Below are positions 52,691-64,000 of a DNA stretch of 64,000 nt, piece after piece. The position numbers were made by a program, and so were the translations under genes. The DNA is from Eledone cirrhosa. Taxonomy: Eukaryota. The notes under the pieces were generated by a model. It worked only from the letters and a program-made list of their open reading frames with translations. It had not been told where the DNA came from and searched no databases. The stretch is taken from the NCBI GenBank assembly GCA_964016885.1, contig OZ024741.1, positions 142,786,001 to 142,850,000 on the forward strand. Direction: 5' to 3'. Within the stretch, counting starts at the first letter, position 1; each line of letters begins with the position of its first letter.

Positions 52691-54689
52691 ACAAATACAT
52701 CATTTACATGTGCATGTGCTTGCTTGTAGCTCATACATAAATCATACGTATTTTATAGCATTGGTTACTAGAATACTAAATGAATAATTTGAAATGAAGC
52801 TTACATTTCACATCTAGCTTTCAGCCTATTTACCAACTTAGATAGTGGGTGGGTGGCAGGGCCTCCAAGAGAAATTTTGCAAGGCAGTACAAGACCTCTT
52901 TGGGGCCTGAAACAGGCAACGATTTTCTCAAAATGGATGTTGCATGGTTGTTGTGGGGCCTGCTTAACTCTTGGGTCTCGAAATAAAGTACCCGTTGGAC
53001 GCCCCTCTCATAGGCCCTGGTGGGTGGAGAATGTTGGGTTCATCATTTCACATCTGGCCAGGGCCTATTTAGCAGCTCCGGTGACCAGTTTTCAAATAGG
53101 AGATGACAACATACACCAATAATGCAAAAGAAAAAAAAAGAGGGAAAGCACTGACGCACAAAGAACTGAGTTTTTTGTTTAGAACAATTATTTCTTCTTT
53201 TTTATGTTGTATCTAAATGTTGACTGTACTGTATTAAATGCCTGAATGTACATTCATATTTTACATTTTTTTACCCAACCTGTTTTAAATGTTTGCATGC
53301 ACACACACACAACCTTGATTCAGGGATATTGTGAGATTTTCTAACTCAACTAGTTGACGTAACGGAATAGCTTCCGGACTGCAACACAGCCTAGACTGAA
53401 AGAGGCTTGCAAATTTAAACGAATAAACAGATGCATTCGCTGATTGCAATTACAATACATTACCAATAGCTTTATGTCAATCTATTCACACATTCCCAAC
53501 TCACTGTGGAATGCACTTTGGTTTTTTTCAATATATGTTGAGTGACTTACTGCTCCATATAACTAAAGCCAGCATAAATCTCGATTCCATACATTTTTTT
53601 TTTTTTGTTTTTGTTTTTCAAGTCGTGTCCTGATATTTCACTAACTCTATCGGCTTAACATACGCCGAGTTGCTGACAACTCCGTATACTTACAGCCCAA
53701 TCTAAATGTTTACACACACATGCATTCACATAGTTACACGATTTTCCGAAAGTTCTCTGCACATTGAGCACAGGAGCTATGTCCATGATTTATATGGAAT
53801 TCACAAGATATTTTTCCTTTTTTCCCTTACTGAACTGGTTCCGTCGTTAGGGAATAAGCTTTTCGGCATAACTACCTCGACATAGGTGCGACTGCATATT
53901 ATGCACAAACCCGCCTTTGCTTTTTACGGCAAAACTAGCTTCAAATCCTATTCCCAACTCACTGTGGAATATCGGCTGTTCAGCTACTCCAAGCGACTCA
54001 CTGCTCCTTAGACTCACACAGTCAACCACCTCGATTTCGCGCGTTTCAGGACATTCTCTTGCAATCAAATTTCGCTACTTTTTTGGTTATCGATCACCGC
54101 TCCTGCATCGATCTGAGCGGGGAACTAATGTAGCGGAATCAAGATAAGTTCTTTTATAGCAATTATTTGTTGGTCGATTTATATCTGTCGCTTCCTCTGT
54201 CCCCTGCCTTGAGAACTACCGGGGTGATCGCACACGCACAGACTTGTTTACGCCAAAAAGAGACCGTTAAATGAGGGGTCAAGGGGTGGGACAAATTTCG
54301 CTACACTTTTGTCCCAGTCGATTCTGGTAACTCAGAAGAGAAGCATCATTAGCGAGATGTAGCACGTAGCAAAAAGAAAAAAACTTTGGTCCTGTCGACA
54401 ATGCCCCAACAGCAGTTCTTCCATCAGCGTTTCAACTACACACAGAGAATCATACAGCTCCTTTGCACTGCGAGATTACTGCTACCTATACTGGTATATA
54501 CATCCTGAAACAACTTGTCACTTTGTAATTGAACGTAGCCTAATAAACACATATTCGTTTTCCTGTATAAATAAGTGAAGTAAAGTTATTACTCTAACCC
54601 AAATTATTGTATTTGTAGTGTTTATTCATCTTCAACTACAACCAACTAACTTCACTTCAACCTCTCCTGTTCATTATTTTTTTAACAGG

Positions 54690-55405
54690 ATTGACATGCG
54701 CAACCGGGTTGGAAGTGGTATCATGGCTGGCGGGTGTAAAATCAGTCGGCTGGAATTTGCAAACGACATGGTGTTACTTAACTCGACATGTGAATGGAGT
54801 TCCACTGAAGCAGGTAGAGAAGTTCAAGTATCTTGAGTACGTGTTCACGAGTGATGGAAGGCAGGGGCTGCTGCAGTAATGCGCCAGCTTCAGCATTCAG
54901 CAATCAGAAGAAGTGGGGTATGCGTAAAAGCCAAACTCGCTATTTTTAATACGGTGTTCGTGCCAACCCTTACTATAGTCATGGATATTGAATAATGACC
55001 GAAAGAATACGATCGCGAATACAAGTGGTCGAAATGGGGTTCCTCTGGAGGATCTTTGGTATAACGTCACACGATAGCGTGCATAGCTCGGAGATCAGAG
55101 AGTCACGCCAGGTAGAGCCGCTACTTCTCCGGATTAAGAAACCACAGCTCCGATACTATGGGCATGTGCTTAGAATGTCTAAAGAAAGAATCGTTGGACA
55201 GAAATTACGGGCAAAACCAACTGGCAGGAGACCCAGGAGTAGACCCCGAGCGGATGGTTGATTAACATCCATGAGCTTGGCTGGTTTCGCTTGTGGATCC
55301 AGCCGGATCAGTTTGAGACGGTTCCTTCTGAAAGGACCCGCTGGAAGGGGAGTTTCAGGAGTCTGCTCCACGACTCTCTCGGCAATAATTGGGCGAAGAA
55401 GAAGA
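54690..55405 (+). mobile_element. RTE LINE 3' fragment (internally deleted)
   Basis: LEFANDMVL, LKQVEKFKYL, QLRYYGHVLRM, GRRPRSRPR; gaagaagaaga tail. Confidence 0.85.
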
Positions 55406-55515
55406 CTTTTTAGCTTTAAAGTATAAATGAGTAAAATATTCTATTTTATTAGTTTCAGTCATTTGGTAAATTTATTCGATTTATTTTGTTGTGTTATATA
55501 GATATTATTATTTAA

Positions 55516-55708
55516 GGGCAGTGGATTGGCAGTATCGGTAGAGGGTCGGACGCCATGCTTTCCAGCATAGTTACGTCCCTTTACGATCTGAGTTCAAATC
55601 CCGCCGAGGTTGACTTTGCCTTTCATCCTTACGGGGTCGATAAAATAAAGTACCAGTAATGCACTGGGATAATTGCTGGCCTCGTGCTTAAAGTAGAAAC
55701 AATTATTA
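55516..55708 (+). mobile_element. SINE family A, full length
   Basis: Matches 1431-1648. Confidence 0.8.
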
Positions 55709-56168
55709 AATATTGTATAATTGCGTGTAAATATTTAAAATGCTTTATTGGTCTTTAATTCTTGGTAGCTGGTTCTAATTAAGCCAGCGAATTTCCACGG
55801 GGTCAGCGTGTTTCACATAACAATAAGAAAGAAAGGTTAAGAGTTAAGTTATCCAATTAATTACTTTTTTTGTGTTGGGTGGAAGACAATAGCAGAAAAT
55901 ATCACAGTTGTAAGTCGAGGAAGTTTCCACATTGCTTCACCGAATGCTATAACTAACAACCAAATCTCCCATAATACACACTAGAGCTTTAAATAAAAAG
56001 GGGACACATTAGACAATATAGTCATTTATAAAAAAAAATTTTAAAAGGCAGAATGATTACGACATTTGATCATAGGTTTGCCTGATCCAGGCTGACACAT
56101 GGCTAAATAACTACTGCTATACTTGTGTGAAGAAAAGTATGTCACGCTGGAAAAGAGATGGCTGGAAT

Positions 56169-56203
<35 letters not shown>

Positions 56204-56442
56204 TGATTCGAAATACCGAAGGAAAGATGGGAAACAAAACGGAACTAGAGTTACAAAGGTCTGAGTTGAGTCCTGACGTTCCAATATAGGGATGAGGTTC
56301 GGTCTGACAGAAAAGTTCCGATTCAATCGATGGCGTCTCTGGACGAACAACTTATCTGGACGAACCAACGAGGGAGCCTCAACATGGTCGTTCGGCAAAA
56401 TAGAAATAGCCACAAAATATCCCTCAAATCACAATGCTGCTC

Positions 56443-56504
56443 CTACTACTACTACTACTACTACTACTACTGCTTCTGCTTCTACTACTGCTGCTGCTGC
56501 TATA

Positions 56505-56555
<51 letters not shown>

Positions 56556-56606
56556 ACTACTACTACTACTACTACTGCTTCTGCTTCTACTTCTGCTGCT
56601 GCTATA

Positions 56607-56637
<31 letters not shown>

Positions 56638-56700
56638 TTGCTGCTGCTGCTGCTGCTGCTGCTGCTACTACTACTACTACTACTACTAACTAACTAACTA
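56443..56700. repeat. (ACT)n/(GCT)n compound trinucleotide repeat
   Basis: Direct inspection. Confidence 0.9.
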
Positions 56701-56956
56701 ATAGGATTTTAAACAAATTTCGGGAGAACTTCACAGGAGCTCAATAAACCGAGTACATGACTGGTACTTTATTTTAGCAACGTTGAGGGAATGAAAGGCA
56801 GAGTTCTGCTGGATATAGCATTGTAGCATCTTGTCCGACACTCTATCGACTCTTGTCAATCCGCCACTCAATCTTCACAATAACATAAATACTGCAACTT
56901 TTCTTGCCTCATATCAATTTTATTCTGGAAGAATGTTGATGTAAATAACAGCTAAT

Positions 56957-57775
56957 GTGTGGGAGTAGTGGTGGGTGTAGCTGTTAGAATGGTGGTGGCG
57001 GTGGTGGTGCTGGTGCTGGTGGTGGTGGCAGTAGCAAATGTGGTGGTGGTGGCAGTAACAGATGTAGTGATAGTGGCAGTAACAGATGTAGTGGTAGTGG
57101 TAGTGATAGTGGTAGTAGTAGATGTAGTGGTGGTGGCAGTAACAGATGTAGTGGTAGTGGCAGTAACAGATGTAGTGGTAGTGGTAGTAGTAGATGTAGT
57201 GATGGTAGCAATAGCAGATGTAGTGATAGTGGTGGTGGCAGTAACAGATGTAGTGATAGTGGTAGTAGTAGATGTAGTGGTGGTGGCAGTAACAGATGTA
57301 GTGGTAGTGGTAGTAGTAGATGTAGTGGTGGTGGCACTAACAGATGTAGTGGTAGTGGTAGTAGTAAATGTAGTGATGGTGGCAGTAATAGATGTAGTGG
57401 TGGTGGCAGTAACAGATGTAGTGGTGGTGGCAGTAGCAGATGTAGTGATGGTGGCAGTAGCAGATGTAGTAGGGGTGGTAGATGTAGTGATAATAGTAGA
57501 TGTAGTGGTGGTGGCAGTAACAGATGTAGTGGTGGTGGCAGTAGCAGATGTAGTAGGGGTGGTAGATGTAGTGATAATAGTAGATGTAGTGGTGGTGGCA
57601 GTAACAGATGTAGTGGTGGTGGCAGTAGCAGATACAGTAGTGGTGGTGGCAGTAACAGTTGTAGTGGCGGTTATAGTAGTAGGTGTAATGGTGGTGGGAG
57701 TAGTAGCTGTAGTGGTGGTGGGAGTAGTAAATGTAGTGGTGGCAGTCGTGGCAGTAGCAGGTGCAGTGATGGTTG
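56957..57775. repeat. GTG/GTA-rich minisatellite (gatgtagtggtggtggcagtaaca units)
   Basis: Direct inspection. Confidence 0.9.
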
Positions 57776-58165
57776 CTAGATCTACCAGATCATTTATTTT
57801 TTACTCTTGACTGGTGTATCCAGTTTGGAATAGGTATATCATACCCCTGCGTGTAGTAAGAAGTGACTAAAGCGTTGGTGTCATGAAGGGCATCTGGCTG
57901 TAAAACATTGCTTCAAAAAGTCCCGTCCAACCCAAGCTAGCATTCAAAAGTGGACAAAAAAAAAAAAACGATGATGATCATGATGACATATTTTCCAGAC
58001 CATACCACCTTTAAAAATGCAGGAACATTAGTTGAACTGCGTCTGGATAAAACGGACGTGATAGTCAAGGCTGGCACGTCTTTGTTCATATGTCTATGCA
58101 CATATTACAATTAAGGCCAAAAGGCATGCTTGGAAAGAATGGCGGAATGGGGGAAGTAGAGAACA

Positions 58166-58738
58166 CTATCTGGTGGCTAGGAGAGAAGCACAATCAGTAA
58201 AACAAAGATGTGGTCCGAACGTGGAAGGGCCGAAATCCCACTGCCATCGCCTCCATCTCTCTAGCCCTCCCCATCTCTCTGTATGGTGAGCAAATGGGGT
58301 CCCGCGTGCTGGCCTCCCCACAGCACCGGCAGACAGAATGGAGAAGGCGTTTTCCCGGAGGATGGTAAGGGAGCTGCGCTGGAAGAGCCATTTCAACCTG
58401 CGGCTGGCAAACTCAGTGCCTATGGTGGTGAGTAGGGAGGTAGCACTAGGGCCAAGGACACCATAAGTCTCCACTGCCAAGAGCACGACCGCAAACCTGT
58501 CGGAGAGCGACCGGTACTTGGAGAGTTTGGCCTCCTCAGCCCGACGTGCAACAGAACCTGGGTTAGTCGCAGACTGCACCAGGTTGCGGCTGGAGAAAGT
58601 GTCGCTGCAAGTGGCATCCCAGACGAGGGGTTTGCCACCGCGGAACGGGATGATGGTCATACTGTCTGGCCTTTTGACGTCCCCTCGGTCCAGCCCCACC
58701 GGTTCGAGCTGGGAGGGGAAGCCTGCAGCATCCAAGCC
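58166..58738 (-). mobile_element. CRE-like non-LTR element 3' fragment with restriction-like endonuclease
   Basis: EPVGL...KRPDSMT...LVWDATCSDT...AEEAKLSKY...LAVETYG RLE motifs. Confidence 0.85.
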
Positions 58739-58739
58739 A

Positions 58740-59965
58740 AGATAACTTGTCTAAGACTAAAGTTCTAGTGTGTAGAAAGGAAAATAGGGCACAGGTTCCC
58801 TCTGGGAAATGGCCATGCTCAGTATGTAGGAAAGGAGTAGCTAGAAATCCCATTCTATGTCCCAAATGCAAGCTATGGGTCCATAAAATATGTAGTGGGA
58901 TCACATGCAAATTATCAAAGAATGTAGGTTTTATAAATGGCCGATGCTCAGGTGCAGTAAGTAGCAAGTGCCCACTGAATACTAGCTCCTTCAACTGCCC
59001 AGATGGTTTTATAGAAATAGTAGACACTTTCTGTTACCTGGGTGACAAAATCAGCAGTGGAGGAGGGTGTTCTCAAAGTACAGTAGCCAGAGTGAGAATG
59101 GGATGGAAAAGGTTCAGAGAGCTTATACCGCTGTTGGCCACAAAAGGTTTCTCTCTAAAAATGAAAGGCAGATTGTATGATGCTTGTATACGAACAGCAA
59201 TGTTACATGGTAGTGATACCTGGGCATTGTATGCAGAGGACCTGCGCAGATTGGAAAGAAACGAAGCATGCATACTGTGTATAGTAATATACACAAACAT
59301 TAAAGCATAAACGAACTAAGTGAGAAATTAGGCATAAGAGGGATCAGATGCAGTTTACTAGAAAGGAGATTGCGTTGGTATGGTCATGTGATGCGTGGCA
59401 ACTGTATAAAAAGGTGCAGGGCGATCAAAATTGATGGAAGCTGCGGAGTAGGTAGACCCAGAAAGACCTGGGACGAGGTGATAAAAGCTGACCTTGCACA
59501 CTTGAACCTCTCTAAGACAATGACACAGGATCGAGATCTTTGGCGTTACGCAGTAATACAGAAGACCCGCCTTGTAGGTACCTCTTAATCCAATATACTC
59601 CCTACACCCCTACATCCCACACACCCCACACCTCCCTCTCACTTCTGCCCACACCACCCTTATTCTGTAAAATTATATTGGTACCACAAAACATCCAGCC
59701 CACACTGTAAAGTGGTCGTGTAGGTGTCACGACAAAACGCACCCAAAAAGCACCCAGTCCACACTGTAAAGTGGTCGTGTATGAGACACGTTAAAAAGCA
59801 CCCAGCACACACTGTAAATGAGGTTGGCGTTAGGAAGGGCATCCAGCCTTATAAACATTCCTATACGAGTGAGACACAGTCACCCAACCAAATTTGCTTC
59901 AAATGAGACAAACCCGTCTAACCCATGCTAGCGTTGAAGATAGACGTTAAATGATGATGATGATG
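58740..59965 (+). mobile_element. RTE LINE 3' part with a PHD-like Cys/His insert, followed by a triplicated tail motif
   Basis: SKTKVL-GKWPCSVC..CPKCKLWVHKICSG-VDTFCYLG...RWYGHVMR...GRPRKTW; (GAT)n end. Confidence 0.85.
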
Positions 59966-60562
59966 ACACTCACACACACATATACACACAAACATATACA
60001 CACACATATGCATGCCCAGATACATAAACACACATGCGCGCACACAAGGTCAGTCCTTTGAGTTACATGCTGAGTTCAGGCAACGGGCTTCCAAACTGTC
60101 TAATTACGTTCACAATGCTTGTGTTGACCCGTGGCTATGGTAAACGAACTTCTTAAACAAGGAATCCCAAATACGCGACCTTCGGTAGAATAAAGGAAAA
60201 TTTGAAACGGAAAATTTGTCCCCCTATATTTTGTACTAATTTATATACGTATTAATTTTGTTGAAATAAATAAATAATTAAATAAATAGCAGAATATCGG
60301 CTGTATTGCAGATTAACACTATAACTTGTGGAAATCACGACCCTCATATCATCTAACGTTTGGTCAATTGTGATGTCAGCCAAGACGTAATGGCCGTTTG
60401 GACTCGTTGAGTTTAAGAACCCTTCTTAAACCATGCGGCCAGGCTGTGTCAATATTAAAGTAAAATTATGTAAAAAACAAAACGAAGTAGTCGAGTAAAT
60501 GGCCCTTTCTTCATAAAAAATTAAATTTATTATATCAATTTTTGATGTACGATAAGCGTTTT

Positions 60563-60810
60563 GAAGGCGCGTGACTTAGTGGTTAAGGTGTTGGACTTAC
60601 TATCATAATGTCGTGGATTCAATTCCTGTACCGGGTTGTGTGGTGTGTTCTTGAGCAAAACATTTAATTTCACGTTGTTCCAGCTGAAGATGATTAACCC
60701 TGCGATGGACTGGCGTCTTATCCAGTGGGGAAGCCTTTTACTCTCAGTTGCACCGGGGAAACCGGGATAAGCACCGGTTTAATAAGCCTCCGGGATTGAG
60801 ACAAATTTTA
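60563..60810 (+). mobile_element. SINE family B-related copy
   Basis: tgacttagtgg A box, ggattcaattcc B box, cttgagcaaaacattt centre. Confidence 0.7.
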
Positions 60811-61575
60811 GATAAACTGTTTAAACGACAACAGTGGAATCATGTGTGTTTGGTTGTTTGTGTTCGAATGTATTGACCAACAGTAATATCACGTCAAAGG
60901 CGCTCGTCCGCTCTGGCCCAGTTGATCACCGACACACATCCACACACACATGCGCGCACACAGACACATGCACTCACTTACACACATGCACATGTACATA
61001 CACACACACACGCGCGCATGCACAAACACTCATACACACAAAAAACATGGACAGAGAAAAAAATGTAGTCTTTTGACCTGACTCGGCTGTCTTATGCTCC
61101 ATACTTGGGATTCTTGAGGTTTCTTAAAAAAATTGAACATAGTTACTGGATTTTACAGTTTCTTTGCTTGTTTTTCTTGTGTTCTGCTTTTTACTGTCGT
61201 TATTCTTTTCTCGTTCGTTTGTTTTTGTAGTGCTTTTGTATGGAATGTGGTGGTGATATTCTTAAAGTAACCACATTGGTTTGGTGTGGTGAGTCCTAGT
61301 TGGAATGGCTTGAGAAGACAGTGAGCGGCCGAAATTACCTCAGCAATTTCATTTCTAGACAAACGCTGGCCGCCATCGAAACGCGAAATAAGGAAAGAAT
61401 ATATGTATGTGTGTGCGTGTGTGTGTTATGTGTGTTTGTGTGTGTGTGTATATATATATATAGTAATTTCAGAAGATCCCGTAATAGGGCGAAAGCAGCG
61501 AATCTTTGCTTAAACTTTAATCTGTACTAATAATAGATATATGTTGTTATTTCTGTTTACCTTTCACACACACAC

Positions 61576-61616
<41 letters not shown>

Positions 61617-61667
61617 AACAAGAAAACTTTTAAGATTTTATTTTGCTCTGACTGTCTATCCATATAT

Positions 61668-61779
61668 GGATTGTACCCTTGATAAGTTCGGCTAGATTCC
61701 CGCTGTTCGAATACTGGCGCTTCAATTCGGATATAGCTGTCGAAACGACCGGAGCTCAGCCGTCGGGGTTCCTGAATCT
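61668..61779 (+). ncRNA. Candidate hammerhead ribozyme with variant core TTGATAA (U3:A8)
   Basis: ccc-TTGATAA(61679-61685)-g..cggcta/tagctg..c-GAAA(61742-61745)-cg..gagctc..c-GTC(61762-61764)-ggg; distal ggatt/aatct pairing. Confidence 0.6.
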
Positions 61780-61817
61780 TTATATATATATATACACGCA
61801 TATATATATATATATAA

Positions 61818-61929
61818 AGATTCAGGAACCCCGACGGCTGAGCTCCGGTCGTTTCGACAGCTATATCCGAATTGAAGCGCCAGTATTCGAACAGCGGGAA
61901 TCTAGCCGAACTTATCAAGGGTACAATCC
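61818..61929 (-). ncRNA. Mirror copy of the U3:A8 hammerhead candidate
   Basis: ttatcaa at 61912-61918; reverse complement of 61668-61779. Confidence 0.6.
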
Positions 61930-62056
61930 ATATATGGACAGACAGTCAGAGCAAAATAAAAACTTAAAAGTCTTCTTGTTTATATATATATGCACCTGTA
62001 TGAATGAATATGTGTACGTGTTAGAGTATGGTTTGGTAAGCCAGTTATTAAAGCAT

Positions 62057-62258
62057 TGAGTGAGTGGGAAAACGGTCATATCCGGTAGAGGGTCGGACGC
62101 TATGCTTTGCAGCATAGAGTTATGACCCTTTGCGTTCTCAGTTCAAATCCCGCCAAGCTTAACTTTGCCTTTCATCCTTCAATAAAATAAAGTGCCAGTA
62201 ATGCACCGGGATAATTGCTGGCCTTGTGCCAAAAGTAGAAACAATTATTATTATTATT
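62057..62258 (+). mobile_element. SINE family A copy followed by (GAA)n
   Basis: Matches 55516-55708. Confidence 0.75.
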
Positions 62259-62294
62259 GAAGAAGAAGAAGAAGAAGAAGAAGAAGAAGAAGAA

Positions 62295-64000
62295 CGGGAC
62301 GTGGGAACCCCGAACGTAAAACCCACTTCAAGACTTTTAAAGGGATTCCCAAAAGAAACCCCACCAACTATGGAGGTCGAACCACCCGACCTTCACAAGA
62401 GCCCGGAAGGTAAGTAAACCTTTCCTCTCTCTCTTTTTAACCTGCCAACATGGCCGTATTAAGAGTAGGAAGTTTAAATGTTCGAGGCCTGGGATCGTCC
62501 TGGAAGCAGGGTCATCTACTCAACGACCTCAGGTCTCTAGAAATGGATGTAATTGCCGTCAGCGAGACCAGGATTTCCGACACGCGCGCACCAGCCCCCA
62601 TTTTCGACGACTATCAGATCTTTGCATCTGTTAACCGGTCGGGAATGGGAGGCGGGGTGGGAGTGCTGTTTAGGAAAGGCCTGGATCTCGAGGTAAGGTT
62701 GATCTTCCGGGATCCGGACGGGAAGTTGGTGGTCCTGGACGTGAACAATAACGAAGGTGGTGCCTTTAGACTGGTGGCCGTCTATGCCCCTACTGGGGCA
62801 GGACGGCCGGACTTCTTTAGACGCCTGGAAGCCTTTCTGGGTACGTCTCGCCCTTTACTGTTAGCGGGGGACTGGAACGGCATCTTAGACGCACTCTGGG
62901 ACTGTGTGGGAGTATCCGATAGGAGCGGGGGGTGCAAAAGCCTCAAGAACATGATCAGCCAGTTCCAACTGTCTGAAAGGTACCGACTAGATTTCCCTAA
63001 TGCGCCAGTGTGGACCTGGACTAACCCCATAGGGTCATCTAGTTCGTATATAGACAGGATATTCATTAGGAAAATAGACAGAAATAGTGTAAGCTGTCCA
63101 CGTTTTAAAACGGTTGCCTATTCAGATCACAAGTTTGTGATCTGTATGGTCGACCTAGATAAGACGCGTAGATTAGGACCTAGTTACTGGAAGCTGAACT
63201 GTCATTTCCGGCACGTAAGGCTTACAGGGACCAGGTCAACAATTTAGTTAGGAAAAAGTTGACAGGGGGAGGCGTCAACAATAGATGGTGGGGGGCTCTC
63301 AAAAGAGAGATTAGAGTAATGTCGATAGAGCTTAGCAAAGAAGTAACGTTAGAGAAAAATAGAAAGGAGGGGGAGTTGGTAGATAAGTTAGACGAGGCTA
63401 TTGGTAGTGGCATTGCAACTGACGTGCTAGCGGCGAGAATGGCATTAGACCATTTCTTCAATGCGAAACACGAAGGTTGCATTGTCAGAGCTAAGGCGCT
63501 TGCTCTGAGAAACGAGGGAACCAAAGTTGTTCGATGGGCCCGCGTGGCAGAGGCGCAGCGTGGTAATAAAACCACGATTCGGTTTTTGGCGGACCGAGAC
63601 GGACACGAGCTGAGCGATTCCAAGCGGATGTGTGAGGCCTTTCGCCAACATTTTGCTCGGTTGTTCGGGGGAAGTGGCGGGTCAGAGACGGTAGCGGACT
63701 TCAGTCCCTACCTCGATGGCTTGCCGCAACTCTCGACGGCTGACGCTGGGCGCTGCGAAAGGCCAATTACTTCAGCTGAGATTCAGGATGCCCTTGTCGG
63801 CTGCATGAGGCGCAAGTCACCCGGTTTGGATGGTCTGCCCTACGAGCTTTACGTAAATATGCCAGACTTGTTCTCCAATCTCCTCGAAGTCCTCTACTGC
63901 AACTGGCAGCAAAACGGGAGTATTCCCAGTTCTGTGAGCCGGGGCGTAGTGACGCTGATAAGGAAAGACGAGAACAAGAGGGACACATTAGACAATTTCA
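62295..64000 (+). mobile_element. Second, diverged Tx1/L1-like family (ORF1 end plus ORF2 endonuclease and linker; runs off window)
   Basis: ORF2 ATG at 62450: MAVLRVGSLNVRGL...GDWN...SDHK...YWKLN, frameshift near 63200, then KSPGLDGLPYELY; collinear with 8457-6930. Confidence 0.9.

Larger units (their letters stand above)
61605..61990. mobile_element. ~385-bp tail-to-tail palindrome of two H2-related ribozyme units around a (TA)n spacer
   Basis: Arms ~175 bp with about three mismatches; (TA)n at centre and at both ends. Confidence 0.9.

Noticed and set aside
56959-57810. 283-aa Val-rich ORF
   Set aside because: Triplet-based minisatellite with no evidence of exon structure
61305-61395. gcggcc/ggccgc stem followed by GAAACGCG
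   Set aside because: CUGANGA and UH are absent; too degenerate to call a ribozyme
61547-62059. Mirror-image 123/126-aa ORFs on both strands
   Set aside because: A consequence of the palindrome; they include TA-repeat translation

Overview
Repeat-dominated animal genomic DNA, most likely an octopod cephalopod (inferred from the SINE types, RTE LINEs and very long (TA)n-derived arrays), with a 200-N gap at 2787-2986. The only well-supported host coding sequence is the terminal exon of a cytochrome b561-family gene (28-181, missed by the ORF track); one possible minus-strand exon lies at 37992-38117. The rest is microsatellite/satellite DNA plus non-LTR retroelements (Tx1/L1-like with EN-RT-CCHC, several RTE families, CR1-like, CRE-like RLE, Penelope-like GIY-YIG), tRNA-derived SINEs, a non-autonomous Helitron and MITEs. 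The most striking unannotated signal is a set of type I hammerhead ribozyme (HHR) motifs from at least three sequence families, mostly embedded in (TA)n and repeatedly arranged as fold-back palindromes (38.9 kb head-to-head, 61.6 kb tail-to-tail with a U3:A8 covariant core, 14.4/31.3 kb half-ribozyme palindromes centred on helix II). All calls are by eye; no database search or folding program was run.
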